Below are positions 43,782 through 54,240 of a stretch of 64,000 nucleotides of DNA, piece by piece. The notes under the pieces are model-generated. The model did no database searches. It was not told the origin of the DNA and saw only the letters and a list, made by a program, of their open reading frames with translations. This stretch comes from Elainellales cyanobacterium (GTDB lineage: Bacteria; Cyanobacteriota; Cyanobacteriia; Elainellales; Elainellaceae). A program made the translations under genes and the position numbers. Where the stretch lies: NCBI GenBank assembly GCA_041742695.1, contig JBGTOF010000299.1:2873-66872 (forward strand). Direction: 5' to 3'. How positions within the stretch are numbered: position 1 is the first letter of the stretch; each line of letters begins with the position of its first letter.

Positions 43782-44690
43782 GAGTTGATAGCTTGAGTGC
43801 GTAAGCCCATAGTCGCGTTAATTAAGCAGGGGCTATAAATAGGGATCAGCCTAGGCGTTGTTAAGTTATATAAATTGATTGCCCTAGATTTGCTGAGTAC
43901 AAATACTGTGGATGTAGGGGCGATCGCACAAGTTCCGCATCTTTCCGGAACGCGTCTACAACCCGTCTCAGCCAGAATCTACTTACTCGCTTCGCATTAG
44001 AGTTAGCGTATGAATGTCGAGCCTGTCCTGTTGATTTGTCTGGTAGTTCCTATATTTTGCTTAGCCCTACATAACCGGGTGATGCAGGGCTAATGTGGGC
44101 TTGCTGCGAGTGCGCCACTAAGGTCTCTGCCACACGTTAGGTTAATCTGCCCTGTTGGCAGCCCAGATAGTATTTCGCTGTCAATTTCAGGCAGTAATTT
44201 TTGGTGTTGAGAATTTAGGCGATCGCTGGATAGTAATATTCGGGTCGTAATTTTGTGTATGGGATGTACTTGAACCAGGCTGAAAGCTTAGAGCAATCAT
44301 GCTGGTCTAGCTATGAGGCATGTTCCAAAAAGTTGACTTCTAAAATTCATCAAGTTGGTGAAAACAATCTATATCTTAGAGCCCTCTCTATCCAAAGGTT
44401 CCACGATAATCAATACATCAGCTAGCGCATCAAGCACCATAGGTTCTCACCCCCAGTACTCCACAAGTTAGAGAAATAGAGGGTGAGAGTTTTAGAATAA
44501 ATCTTCTATCCCGAACTCCTGTAAGACCTCACTCTTTTGAGACAGGTTGAGCTGTATTTAAGAGATCTATGATCGAATTATCGCATCACTGATTCGATGA
44601 TCAGTTAGTCTCTCATTTTGAGAGAACGCTGAGAAAAGCTGCGAACAAATATTTTCGAAGCTAGCTCAACTCATAGCAAGGAATTTCAGC

Positions 44691-45383
44691 ATGTTTTTTC
44701 ACAAAAAAGAAGCGATTCACAACGTTAAAGTTGATGAAGCTAATCCACGCTTCGCCCAACTTCTACTAGAGCAATTTGGTGGGGCCACTGGCGAACTTTC
44801 TGCCGCTTTGCAATATTGGGTGCAGTCTTTTCATATTGAACACGCAGGCATTCGAGACATGCTTCAAGATATTGCAATTGAAGAATTTGGCCATTTGGAA
44901 ATGGTCGGCAAAATGATTGAAGCTCATACCAAAAATGTAGATCAAACGCCTGCTTTTCAAAGCTCGCTGTTTGCAGTACGAGGTGCTGGCCCACATTTCT
45001 TAGACAGTCAAGGCAGTGCTTGGACCGCAACTTACTTGAATGAAGGTGGCGATGTCGTTCGAGATTTAAGGGCGAATATTGCCGCTGAAGCAGGGGCACG
45101 TCAAACCTACGAAGCGTTGATTAAGCTGGCTCCTGACGAAGGCACCAAAAAGGCGCTAGTGCATTTGCTGACGCGTGAGATTTCTCACACCAAGATGTTT
45201 ATGGAAGCGCTGAATTCACTAGGAAAGCTAGACGATCCTTTCTTTGGCAACGTTCAGCCTGACGAGACGGTAGACCTCTACTACAATTTGTCAACCAATG
45301 GTGAAGTCGATCAGCGGGGTCCCTGGAACTCCGAGCCAGCTTTTCGATATGTGGCAGACCCCGTTGCAGAGCGCCAATCTTAA
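44691..45383 (+). CDS. Manganese catalase (KatB-like)
   Basis: LLEQFGGATGEL, DIAIEEFGHLEM, NIAAEAGAR and REISH motifs. Confidence 0.93.
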   Translation: MFFHKKEAIHNVKVDEANPRFAQLLLEQFGGATGELSAALQYWVQSFHIEHAGIRDMLQDIAIEEFGHLEMVGKMIEAHTKNVDQTPAFQSSLFAVRGAGPHFLDSQGSAWTATYLNEGGDVVRDLRANIAAEAGARQTYEALIKLAPDEGTKKALVHLLTREISHTKMFMEALNSLGKLDDPFFGNVQPDETVDLYYNLSTNGEVDQRGPWNSEPAFRYVADPVAERQS

Positions 45384-45646
45384 TGCAACGTGATGATTAT
45401 AAATGGTTTAGACAAAGCCTGCTGAACACATTCTAGTTAACAGGAGTTTGACAGCATTGTTTTAGCACTGTGGTGTGAGTTGAAGCAGTATTAAGCCGCG
45501 CTGCCCGTGTCGCGGGCAACGCGGCTTAGTGCATTTGTTAAGCCGACGTTTAATAAAAAGGTTCAGCTCCCAGATAAGTTCAAAAACGGGTTCGTAGCAT
45601 GGTGTTACGTACCCGTTTTTGATTGCTGATAGGCTATCTGCTCAGC

Positions 45647-45756
45647 TATTGCAACTGATAAGTTGATTAGACGGTAGATTGATTGAGACAATTGTTGAGA
45701 ATCCCCTACTGTGCAGAGGTTTCTCAACAATAACTACTCAAATCAGCGCGTTAAGC
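45647..45756 (-). repeat. Repeat family 2 copy
   Basis: Minus strand GCTTAACGCGCTGATTTGAGT, TTGTTGAGAA/TTCTCAACAA stem, AGTTGCAATA end. Confidence 0.8.
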
Positions 45757-45763
45757 ACTATAT

Positions 45764-47659
45764 CTATTTGCTCTCAACGACGTCGGCGTCGATTACATCC
45801 GCATCACCAGAGTTATCACCTGTTGGAGGATTAGTGTCCACATGGGGGGAAGCACTGGTTGTTTGACCATAAACCCCATTGCCAATCTGCATCAGCGCCT
45901 GCTGCAGATTTTGGGTTTGGGTTTGGATGCGGTGCAGATCATCCCCTTCGTTAGACTCCTTCAGGGCTTGAATTAGCTGTTCGAGATGCTGCTTGGTTGT
46001 AGCAGGTATCTTGTCGGCAAATTCCTGTACTTGCTTCTCAGCCTGATAGGTTAGAGCATCAGCTGTGTTCTTGGCATCTACCCAGTCACGGCGCTGGCGA
46101 TCGCTCTCAGCATTGCGTTCGGCTTCTTGCACCATCCGTTCTACTTCGCCCTGGTCAAGCGTTGAGGCTCCCGTGATCGAAATGGACTGCCGCTTACCCG
46201 TGGCTTTATCCATTGCCGAGACTGACAAAATGCCGTTGGCATCAATGTCAAACGTGACTTCAATTTGCGGCACGCCGCGCTGTGCAGAAGGGATGCCATC
46301 TAGCTTAAAGGTGCCCAAACTCTTGTTATCTGCGGCCATTTCACGCTCGCCTTGCAGCACATGAACCTCCACACTGGTTTGCCCATCATCTGCAGTAGAA
46401 AACACCTCCGACTTTTTCACAGGAACTGTCGTGTTGCGGTGGATAAGCTTAGTCATCACACCACCCAACGTTTCTAAACCCAGCGACAGGGGCGTTACAT
46501 CCAGCAGTAGAATGTCTTTTACATCTCCCGCCAGCACCCCAGCTTGAATGGCAGCACCTACGGCCACGACTTCATCAGGGTTGACTCCTTGGCAGGGGTT
46601 CTTCCCAATTAAGCGAGTGACCAAACTTTGTACCGCAGGAATGCGCGTAGAACCCCCTACCAGCACTACTTCATCCACATCGCCTGCCACTAGTTTGGCA
46701 TCCTTGAGGGCTTGCTCCACAGGAATGCGGCAGCGGTTCAGCAATTCTGCTGTCATTGCGTCAAACTGAGCGCGCGTAAGCGTCATTTCTAGGTGCTTGG
46801 GGCCATCCTGTGTCGCCGTAATAAAAGGCAGGTTAATGGTGGCCTGAGTCACGCTAGATAGCTCAATTTTGGCTTTTTCGGCTGCTTCAGTCAGCCGCTG
46901 GAGCGCTTGCTTATCTTGTCGCAGGTCAAACCCTTCGTCTTTTTTGAAGGATTCTGCCAGCCAGTCTACGATCGCCTTGTCGAAATCGTCACCGCCGAGG
47001 TGGGTGTCGCCCGAGGTCGAGAGCACCTCAAATACGCCATCGCCCACTTCTAGAACCGATACGTCGAAGGTGCCGCCGCCCAAATCAAACACCAGAATGG
47101 TTTCGCTGGTTTTCTTATCCAATCCGTAGGCCAGAGCGGCAGCAGTGGGTTCATTGATAATGCGAACAATATCTAAACCAGCGATGCGCCCTGCATCCTT
47201 AGTCGCTTGTCGCTGTGAATCATTGAAGTAAGCGGGAACCGTCACCACCGCTTTGGTTACAGAGTCACCTAGATATTTGCCTGCATCGTCTGCTAGCTTA
47301 CGCAATACCTGTGCTGAAATCTCTTCTGGGGCAAACTGTTGTCCTTGCTGCGAACTGTCTAATTTAACGTTGCCGTTTCGGTTCACAACACTGTAGGCAA
47401 CTTCTTTCGATTCTTGCGCGACTTCGTCATACTTACGACCAATGAAGCGTTTTACAGAGTAGAAGGTGTTGCCAGGGTTCATAACCGACTGGCGTTTAGC
47501 AATTTGTCCCACTAGGCGATCGCCATTCTTGGCATAGGCGACGACCGATGGCGTGGTTCGAAACCCCTCAGCATTGGCTATAACCACGGGTTTGCCACCT
47601 TCCATCACCGCCACGCAGGAGTTGGTTGTTCCGAGGTCAATTCCTACTATCTTTGTCAT
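45764..47659 (-). CDS. dnaK: Molecular chaperone DnaK (Hsp70)
   Basis: [20 protein letters not shown] and LVGGSTRIP motifs. Confidence 0.98.
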   Translation of the reverse strand: MTKIVGIDLGTTNSCVAVMEGGKPVVIANAEGFRTTPSVVAYAKNGDRLVGQIAKRQSVMNPGNTFYSVKRFIGRKYDEVAQESKEVAYSVVNRNGNVKLDSSQQGQQFAPEEISAQVLRKLADDAGKYLGDSVTKAVVTVPAYFNDSQRQATKDAGRIAGLDIVRIINEPTAAALAYGLDKKTSETILVFDLGGGTFDVSVLEVGDGVFEVLSTSGDTHLGGDDFDKAIVDWLAESFKKDEGFDLRQDKQALQRLTEAAEKAKIELSSVTQATINLPFITATQDGPKHLEMTLTRAQFDAMTAELLNRCRIPVEQALKDAKLVAGDVDEVVLVGGSTRIPAVQSLVTRLIGKNPCQGVNPDEVVAVGAAIQAGVLAGDVKDILLLDVTPLSLGLETLGGVMTKLIHRNTTVPVKKSEVFSTADDGQTSVEVHVLQGEREMAADNKSLGTFKLDGIPSAQRGVPQIEVTFDIDANGILSVSAMDKATGKRQSISITGASTLDQGEVERMVQEAERNAESDRQRRDWVDAKNTADALTYQAEKQVQEFADKIPATTKQHLEQLIQALKESNEGDDLHRIQTQTQNLQQALMQIGNGVYGQTTSASPHVDTNPPTGDNSGDADVIDADVVESK

Positions 47660-47816
47660 GAAGTATCCTCTAAATCGTAATCATTTGGATTGTTGTCTAG
47701 AGCTGATGCTGTTTTGAAAACGCAGCTCTAGAGCGTGAATGTTGATGGGATGGTTCATGCGATCGCCCTAGAGAGTGCCTAGAGCGATCGCACAATTGTG
47801 CGGCAAACCCGATACC

Positions 47817-48260
47817 CTAACTCAGGCTAACTTTAACGACTTTATTCAGCTCATCTTCTGCCTTAGGCAGCGTCAGATGCAAAATACCGTCGGTGTAGTT
47901 TGCCGTTACCGTGCGGTTATTGATGCGCATCGGTAGGGGGATCACCCGCTGAAATTTGCCATAGCGAAACTCAGTTTGGAAGACCCCTTTCTGTTCTGTC
48001 TTGGTTTCAGTACGGCGTTCACCGCTGATAGAAACAGCTTCTGCGGTGACCTGAATATCTAGATCATCTCCGTTCATGCCAGGAATCTCTAACCGCAGTT
48101 CCAGTGCATTGTCGGTTTCTTCAAGTTCTACGGCAGGGCCATAGCCAAATCCGTTATTGTTTCGGCGTGCAACTGGAATAAATACATCGTCTAACAATCG
48201 ATTCATTTCACGATGCAACGAATCGATCTCGCGAATAGGTTCCCAATGTACGATTGCCAT
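47817..48260 (-). CDS. hspA: Small heat-shock protein Hsp20
   Basis: MAIVHWEP..., EFRYGKFQRVIPLP, GILHLTLPK; GAGGAGG RBS. Confidence 0.93.
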   Translation of the reverse strand: MAIVHWEPIREIDSLHREMNRLLDDVFIPVARRNNNGFGYGPAVELEETDNALELRLEIPGMNGDDLDIQVTAEAVSISGERRTETKTEQKGVFQTEFRYGKFQRVIPLPMRINNRTVTANYTDGILHLTLPKAEDELNKVVKVSLS

Positions 48261-48889
48261 ACGTTGTTGCCTCCTCAAAAGTATCAATCGTAGAGTGTTG
48301 AGCGAGTCTGAATAGGATGGTCAACTCGCTGCTGTTACTACCATAGAAAACTCGACCTAAACTCTGGGTTCGGTTGTAGGTACGTTTTGGTAGGGGATAG
48401 CCGAACCCGACAACGCAGAGGACGGAGAACCGAATAGGCAAAATTTCATCCTCCCGCCTGCATAAAAATCAACGCTATTCCTGATAGATTGTTGGTGCCT
48501 GATGGTGTTATAAATTGTTTCGGATTTTAGAGAGTAGTCGCTTGAAAAATTCTTGCCCTTATGCCGCATACCCCTTGATTGACAAAAGTTTTAGCGATTT
48601 GGCCTCGGCCAATATTGGAGCGATCGCCCGCTTGAATTTTTCCCGGCGAGAAAACAGTTTAAAGACTGGCATAGATCGTCCGGATTAGCCCGAATGGATG
48701 ATGTTTCATAATAACAAGTCAACAAAACGGGTGGTAGCGAGCCCCACCGCATCAAAACCATTACGGAATGGTTTGCACCCACTTGATCGAGATGCCTAAT
48801 GGAGTTTGCTTTTTGTTAGTTCAGTTGCAGAACGGCCCTGTCGCCCGGTTGACTTAAAACCACCCAGTTTCATTGGAGTCCCCCCAACA

Positions 48890-49435
48890 ATGAACGATTT
48901 CAAGATCACGGACGCGATTATAGAATGCTATCCCGATGGGATTATGCTGGTGAGCGATCGCGGTGCCATTCTTAAAGAAAACACGCTAGCGCAGAAGTTG
49001 TGTGCGGCGATCGCACCGCACACAACTCAACCTCAGGTGCCTGAACAAATTTGGTCAATTTGTCAATTGCTCATTGGCGATCGCCCTGACCCCAGCTCTC
49101 TCAACATCATTCTGGAAGACCGCATTAACCTGTCTGACACCAACGCAATTCGCATACGCGTGCGCTGGTTTGAGTCAGTTATCTCTGGCGCGTGCTTGAT
49201 GGTGACGCTAGAAGATGAAATGCAGTCGGCCTGGAACCGCGTTATGGCTGAGAAGCAACGCTATGGCTTGACCCCGAGAGAAGCAGAGGTGTGGCTGCTG
49301 CGTCAAGTGAACTACACCTATAAGCGCATTGCCGAAACCCTGCACATCACCGTAGACACGGTGAAGAAACATATCAAAAACATTAATGCCAAGCGCCAAG
49401 CGTTCTTGTGGTCGCAGGAGCCCTACACCGCTTAG
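48890..49435 (+). CDS. LuxR-type HTH regulator with PAS-like N-terminus
   Basis: YGLTPREAEVW...YKRIAETLHITVDTVKKHIKNI. Confidence 0.88.
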   Translation: MNDFKITDAIIECYPDGIMLVSDRGAILKENTLAQKLCAAIAPHTTQPQVPEQIWSICQLLIGDRPDPSSLNIILEDRINLSDTNAIRIRVRWFESVISGACLMVTLEDEMQSAWNRVMAEKQRYGLTPREAEVWLLRQVNYTYKRIAETLHITVDTVKKHIKNINAKRQAFLWSQEPYTA

Positions 49436-49438
49436 AAC

Positions 49439-49605
49439 CTGCTAAGTACACAGATTGTGTTGTCATCGGCCACATCCGGGGAGATCCCCATAAATCCCCC
49501 TTTTTAAGGGGGACTTTGAATCCAGTTCTCCCCTTTCTAAGGGGGGCTAGGGGGGATCAATCCCCGGGAAGGTCTACTTTGAGGACTTATGTGTACTTAG
49601 TAGCT
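49439..49605. mobile_element. ~167-bp MITE with TIRs and 9-bp flanking direct repeat
   Basis: CTGCTAAGTACACA...TGTGTACTTAGTAG; GCTTAGAAC at 49430-49438 and 49606-49614; internal CCCCCTTTTTAAGGGGG palindromes. Confidence 0.75.
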
Positions 49606-49853
49606 GCTTAGAACGCAGGGGCGATCGCCCTTAAGGCGGGTCTCCCTACTGAGCACGCGAGCGTGCAAAAACCACTGCATGACTCGAAATTCCTTAAGGT
49701 GGCCTTAAGTTGGCACTGAATTGGCAGTGTATTGAATTGACACTGTATTAAGTTTGCGCCGGAGGCATCTCTCAATAGTACGAGAGGTGCCTTTTTCTTA
49801 TTTCATCCTGCGTTGGAGATGCGCAAACCTCTTCTGCTCATTTCAGCTCTAGT

Positions 49854-49950
49854 GCTTAACGCGCTGGTTTGAGTGTTTGCAGTGGTGAATCGCCTGCTGC
49901 ATAGGAGGTTCACCACAATCATTGCCTTAATCAACCTACCGGTTGCGATA
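49854..49950 (+). repeat. Repeat family 2 copy
   Basis: GCTTAACGCGCTGGTTTGAGTGTTT, GTGGTGAA/TTCACCAC stem, GGTTGCGATA end. Confidence 0.8.
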
Positions 49951-50732
49951 GGCGAGCAGCCGCTTAATTTTATAGAAACTATTGAGTGAGTGAAGGCCAA
50001 TCTTTTTTGTGGAATTAGCGTATGGCAAAGGTTTCACCCCGATAAGATGCCGATCGACGCTTCAAGTACGGTGTCTGTACATAAGGAAGGATAAGGTAAA
50101 CCTCAAAGAAATATAGAGTTACCAAATGTGTTTTTAGTCAAAGAAAATTCCTCTTTAGCCAAAAAGGGGAATACTTAAAAAGGCACTATTACTTGCTCAT
50201 CCGTAGCGTTAGCGCTGTGTATCAGCTCAATAGCCACATTTAGAGGGATTATGCTGTGGTTACTACAGCGATGTCCTAAGCTAAGGGCATTCAAGGAATG
50301 CCTGTGTAGAGCAGAGTGCAGACGCTGAGTTGAAGGGGGCGCTCTAAGCCCGGGCCATTGAACCGATGCAACATATCTGTGCAGGACAGAGCGTTCTACA
50401 AGTTTTGGGATGGACATTGGGGCGATCGCCCTAGTCCACTTCTACCCTGACCCAAACAACAACCAAAATTCTTACTTTAAGACTGCTATCTACAGCGGGT
50501 TTGAACAGCGCAACCCCGGGTTAGCTTTCTCAGAATCGCCATAAGAAACTCGCTAGAAAATAATGTACCTGCTGATTGAATTCCGACTTCGCTTAACCCT
50601 CGACAATCTTTGGGTACATTATTAATCCGTAGATTCCCAACCTTGCACCTACATGCTTCATCCAGTGCATTTTAAGAGTCTAGTGATGCACGTTAGTTTA
50701 GCCAAAGCATGTACTTTTAGATTCCATATCCG

Positions 50733-51986
50733 ATGGACATTCCCATAATACCTGCCGTCCTTCTATTAGATAGTGACGCACTTAACAGGGGCATAGGTCA
50801 CGACTCCTACAGCTTCTCTATCGAAACAATCCTGCCGGATATTCTACGGGCGGTGCGGTTGCATCTTGGGATGGACGTTGCATTTGTATCGGAATTTACG
50901 CAGGAGCAACGCATCTTTCGATACGTTGATTGCGCCTCAGATGCGCCGCTGATTCAAGCCGGAGACTGTGGGTTATTAAAAGATAGCTATTGTCAGCGGG
51001 TGGTCGATGGGCGGTTGCCCGAGCTGATTCAGGATGCATCCCTAATTCCGGCTGCCCTTGAACTTCCGGTCACCCTTGCTATACCCGTTGGTGCTCACAT
51101 TAGCGTTCCCATCCGGCTCACTGACGGACGTCTCTATGGAACCTTTTGCTGTTTTAGCACACAGCCTGATCCCAGTTTGGCAGAGCGCGAGCTTGCCATC
51201 ATGCGCGTGTTTGCCGAGTTTGCAGGGAAGCAAATTGAACGGCAGATTGACTCCACCGATCTCTACAACACAGTGAAAACTCGAGTTGAGCGGGTGCTTG
51301 CTTCAGAGAATTTTACAATTGTTTATCAGCCCATTTATCACATTGATCGAGAGCGAATTGTTGGGTTTGAGGCCCTCACCCGATTTGCAGACCTGCCCGT
51401 TCGGTCTCCAGATGTTTGGTTTAGTGAAGCGGCTCAGGTTGGGCTTAGCGAACAACTCGAAATGGCTGCCATTCAAAAAGCGCTCAAGAGCCTAGATGTG
51501 CTCCCCGATGATGTTTACCTATCGCTCAATGTAGCGCCAGCAAATATTCTCAATGGGGCGATCGCCCGCACTTTAGAAGGCATACCACTCGAAAGAATTG
51601 TTATTGAAGTCACAGAGCATGTGTTCATCAAAGACTATTCCCAATTTGGTGCCGCGCTCGATCCTCTGCGGCAACGAGGACTGCGAATTGCTATCGACGA
51701 TGCCGGAGCAGGCTATGCCAGCTTCCGCCACATTCTCAAGTTAAATCCAGATTTAATTAAACTCGACATGAGCCTGACGCGCGATGTTGACAGCGATCGC
51801 TCACGTCGCGCTCTGGCTGCTGCTCTGATTCGCTTTGCCGAAGAAACGGACTGCAGCATTATTGCAGAAGGCGTAGAAACTGACCTCGAACTGCAAACTC
51901 TACGCCAACTGAAGGTCAATAAAGCTCAGGGGTTTTTAATTGGTCGCCCGTTACCGCTCACGGCTTCCGTGGCTCTGTTTCAGTAG
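50733..51986 (+). CDS. GAF-EAL c-di-GMP phosphodiesterase
   Basis: GAF region, then YQPI, FEALTRF, IEVTE, DDAGAGY, IKLD, AEGVE and QGF motifs. Confidence 0.92.
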   Translation: MDIPIIPAVLLLDSDALNRGIGHDSYSFSIETILPDILRAVRLHLGMDVAFVSEFTQEQRIFRYVDCASDAPLIQAGDCGLLKDSYCQRVVDGRLPELIQDASLIPAALELPVTLAIPVGAHISVPIRLTDGRLYGTFCCFSTQPDPSLAERELAIMRVFAEFAGKQIERQIDSTDLYNTVKTRVERVLASENFTIVYQPIYHIDRERIVGFEALTRFADLPVRSPDVWFSEAAQVGLSEQLEMAAIQKALKSLDVLPDDVYLSLNVAPANILNGAIARTLEGIPLERIVIEVTEHVFIKDYSQFGAALDPLRQRGLRIAIDDAGAGYASFRHILKLNPDLIKLDMSLTRDVDSDRSRRALAAALIRFAEETDCSIIAEGVETDLELQTLRQLKVNKAQGFLIGRPLPLTASVALFQ

Positions 51987-52091
51987 CGCTTGTGCGGCAA
52001 ATTCCTAAAACCGTACTGCTGCAGGGTAGTACAGTTTTGCGTTGTTTCAGCCTCGCAGCGCTGGACTAATACAACGCTATCGAACTCACGG
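51985..52091 (-). repeat. Repeat family 1 copy
   Basis: GCGTTGTTTCAGCC...ACAACGCTATCGAACTCACG; AAAACCGTACT/AGTACAGTTTT second stem. Confidence 0.75.
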
Positions 52092-52137
52092 TCACCCGAT
52101 CAGGCGAAGCTCGGCCTGTGCATCGCGTAAGGATATA

Positions 52138-52180
52138 AAACACATAGAGCACCGCGCGCCGCGCGATGCTCTATGTGTTT
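52138..52180. terminator. Hairpin/terminator downstream of pstB
   Basis: AAACACATAGAGCA...TGCTCTATGTGTTT. Confidence 0.65.
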
Positions 52181-52263
52181 GTTGAACCAGCCGATGGCTT
52201 CAAACTAACAAACCTACCCAAATCCAGTTGGTTTTTCGCGAAACTAGGCCAAAGACACGTCGC

Positions 52264-53076
52264 TCAACCAAACCGACCGCTGACGTAATCCTGGGTTGAT
52301 TGCTCTTTAGGATTTTCGAACAACTCTTTCGTTGGCAAGTATTCAACCAAAAAGCCCACTTTGCCACCTTTGGATTCTTCAGCATTGTAAAAGGCGGTGT
52401 AGTCAGCCACGCGAGTCGCCTGATGCATGTTGTGGGTCACGATGATGATCGTGTACTGCTGCTTTAGGTCGTTCATCAGCTCCTCAATTTTGAGGGTCGA
52501 GATGGGGTCGAGCGCAGAGCAGGGTTCGTCCATGAGAACCACTTCAGGCTCTACGGCGATCGCCCGAGCAATGCACAACCGCTGCTGCTGCCCCCCCGAC
52601 AACGACAGACCGCTGGCCTGCAGCTTGTCCTTCACGTCATCCCACAGAGTCGCGCGTCGGAGCGATCGCTCCACCAGCTCATCCATATTGCCCGGGTAGC
52701 GATTAATCCGCGCGCCATAGGCAATGTTTTCATAGATCGACTTGGGAAATGGGTTGGGCTTTTGGAACACCATGCCAATCCGCCGCCGCACCTGCACCGG
52801 ATCGATTTCCTTTGAGTAGAGATTCTCACCATGAAAGGTGACGCGCCCTTCGACCCGGCATCCAGGAATGAGGTCATTGGTGCGGTTAAAGCATCGTAGC
52901 ATCGTGCTTTTGCCACAGCCTGACGGCCCGATAAAGGCCGTCACCTTATTGCGATAGATGTCTAGGTTTACCCCCCTTACAGCTTTGAAACTGCCGTAAT
53001 AAATCGAGGTATTCTCCGTTTTAATAATTGTGTCAGTTTCCACTGCTGTTGCGCTGTCATAGACCATATCTAGCAA
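52264..53076 (-). CDS. pstB: Phosphate ABC transporter ATP-binding protein
   Basis: [32 protein letters not shown] and YVSGRFG motifs. Confidence 0.97.
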   Translation of the reverse strand: MLDMVYDSATAVETDTIIKTENTSIYYGSFKAVRGVNLDIYRNKVTAFIGPSGCGKSTMLRCFNRTNDLIPGCRVEGRVTFHGENLYSKEIDPVQVRRRIGMVFQKPNPFPKSIYENIAYGARINRYPGNMDELVERSLRRATLWDDVKDKLQASGLSLSGGQQQRLCIARAIAVEPEVVLMDEPCSALDPISTLKIEELMNDLKQQYTIIIVTHNMHQATRVADYTAFYNAEESKGGKVGFLVEYLPTKELFENPKEQSTQDYVSGRFG

Positions 53077-53179
53077 AGTCCATCATATACAGGAGAAGTT
53101 TAAGCTGTTTATCGCCTAAGCCTTGGCTCAACAGTCAAGCACCGTTGCAACCTAACTAACGCTTAAAGAAGCTAAATCC

Positions 53180-54085
53180 TTAAAACTGCTTCTGTCGGGT
53201 AAGAAACCGCGACGTCACACTCACTATCAGAATAATGCCCAGCAGCACCAAGGCTGCCGTCCAAGCTAACTGCTGCTGTGGTCGATAGGGAATAATCGAG
53301 AAGAAGTAAATTAGCACAGGCAGTGTCGCAATTGGCCTACTTGGGTCAAACGACCAAAAGTTATTGTTAAGTGCTGTAAACAACAGCGGTGCGGCCTCGC
53401 CGCCTGCGCGAGCTACCGCCAGCGTTACGGCAGTCGCAATAGTGGGCAGTGCAGCAGGCACTACCACCTTGGCAATGGTTTGAAACTGCGTAGCACCTAC
53501 GGCCAGAGATGCATCACGCATCCCTCGGGGCACCAGCTTCAGGCCTTCTTCTGTCGTCCGCATCACGATGGGAATCATCAAAACCGATAGCGCCACACCG
53601 CCTGCAAAGGCCGAGAACCCGCCAAAGTTGAGCACCACGATGCTGTAGGAAAACAAACCTGCCAAAATCGCCGGAACTCCAGTCAGCACGTTTGCGGCAA
53701 AGCGAATGCCATAGGCAACCTTTGTACCTCGCCCAAACTCAGCAAGATAGATAGCAGACAGCACACCGATGGGAATCGCGATCAGCGAAGCAATTCCTAA
53801 TGTAATTAGCGTACCAATGATGGCGTTTCCGAATCCTCCTTCGGTCAGACCAGGCGCTGGAGGACGTTCAGTGAACACATTCAACCCAAGCTGGCCTACT
53901 CCTTCACGTGCCACATCGAATACCACAGCCACCAAGGGAACCAAGATGGCAACCGTGAAAAAGGCAGTGAGCCCCGTCATAAACTTATTGAACAGCTCTT
54001 TGGTAGAGCCAGGCTTGGACTTTAGGTTCTCTAGCGTTGCCTCGTTAGACGAGTTTGGGCTTGCCTGAGTCATGGCTTTAAACAC
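53180..54085 (-). CDS. pstA: Phosphate ABC transporter permease PstA
   Basis: GGFGNAIIGT, AIYLAEF and ARAGGEAAPL motifs. Confidence 0.95.
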   Translation of the reverse strand: MFKAMTQASPNSSNEATLENLKSKPGSTKELFNKFMTGLTAFFTVAILVPLVAVVFDVAREGVGQLGLNVFTERPPAPGLTEGGFGNAIIGTLITLGIASLIAIPIGVLSAIYLAEFGRGTKVAYGIRFAANVLTGVPAILAGLFSYSIVVLNFGGFSAFAGGVALSVLMIPIVMRTTEEGLKLVPRGMRDASLAVGATQFQTIAKVVVPAALPTIATAVTLAVARAGGEAAPLLFTALNNNFWSFDPSRPIATLPVLIYFFSIIPYRPQQQLAWTAALVLLGIILIVSVTSRFLTRQKQF

Positions 54086-54240
54086 TCTCCTGGAAACACA
54101 GTAGCTTCTTTAAGCAGACCATCTGCTAGTGGGTGAATAGTTATAGGCGCAGCAGCAATGCCTCTCAGATTAAGCAACCCTTCACACCAGTGCTATGGGT
54201 ACATAAAATGCGATCGCCCTTTCCTAACCCCATCCTCACC

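Noticed and set aside
48290-48800. CIRCE (HrcA) operator before hsp20-dnaK
   Set aside because: No TTAGCACTC-N9-GAGTGCTAA found
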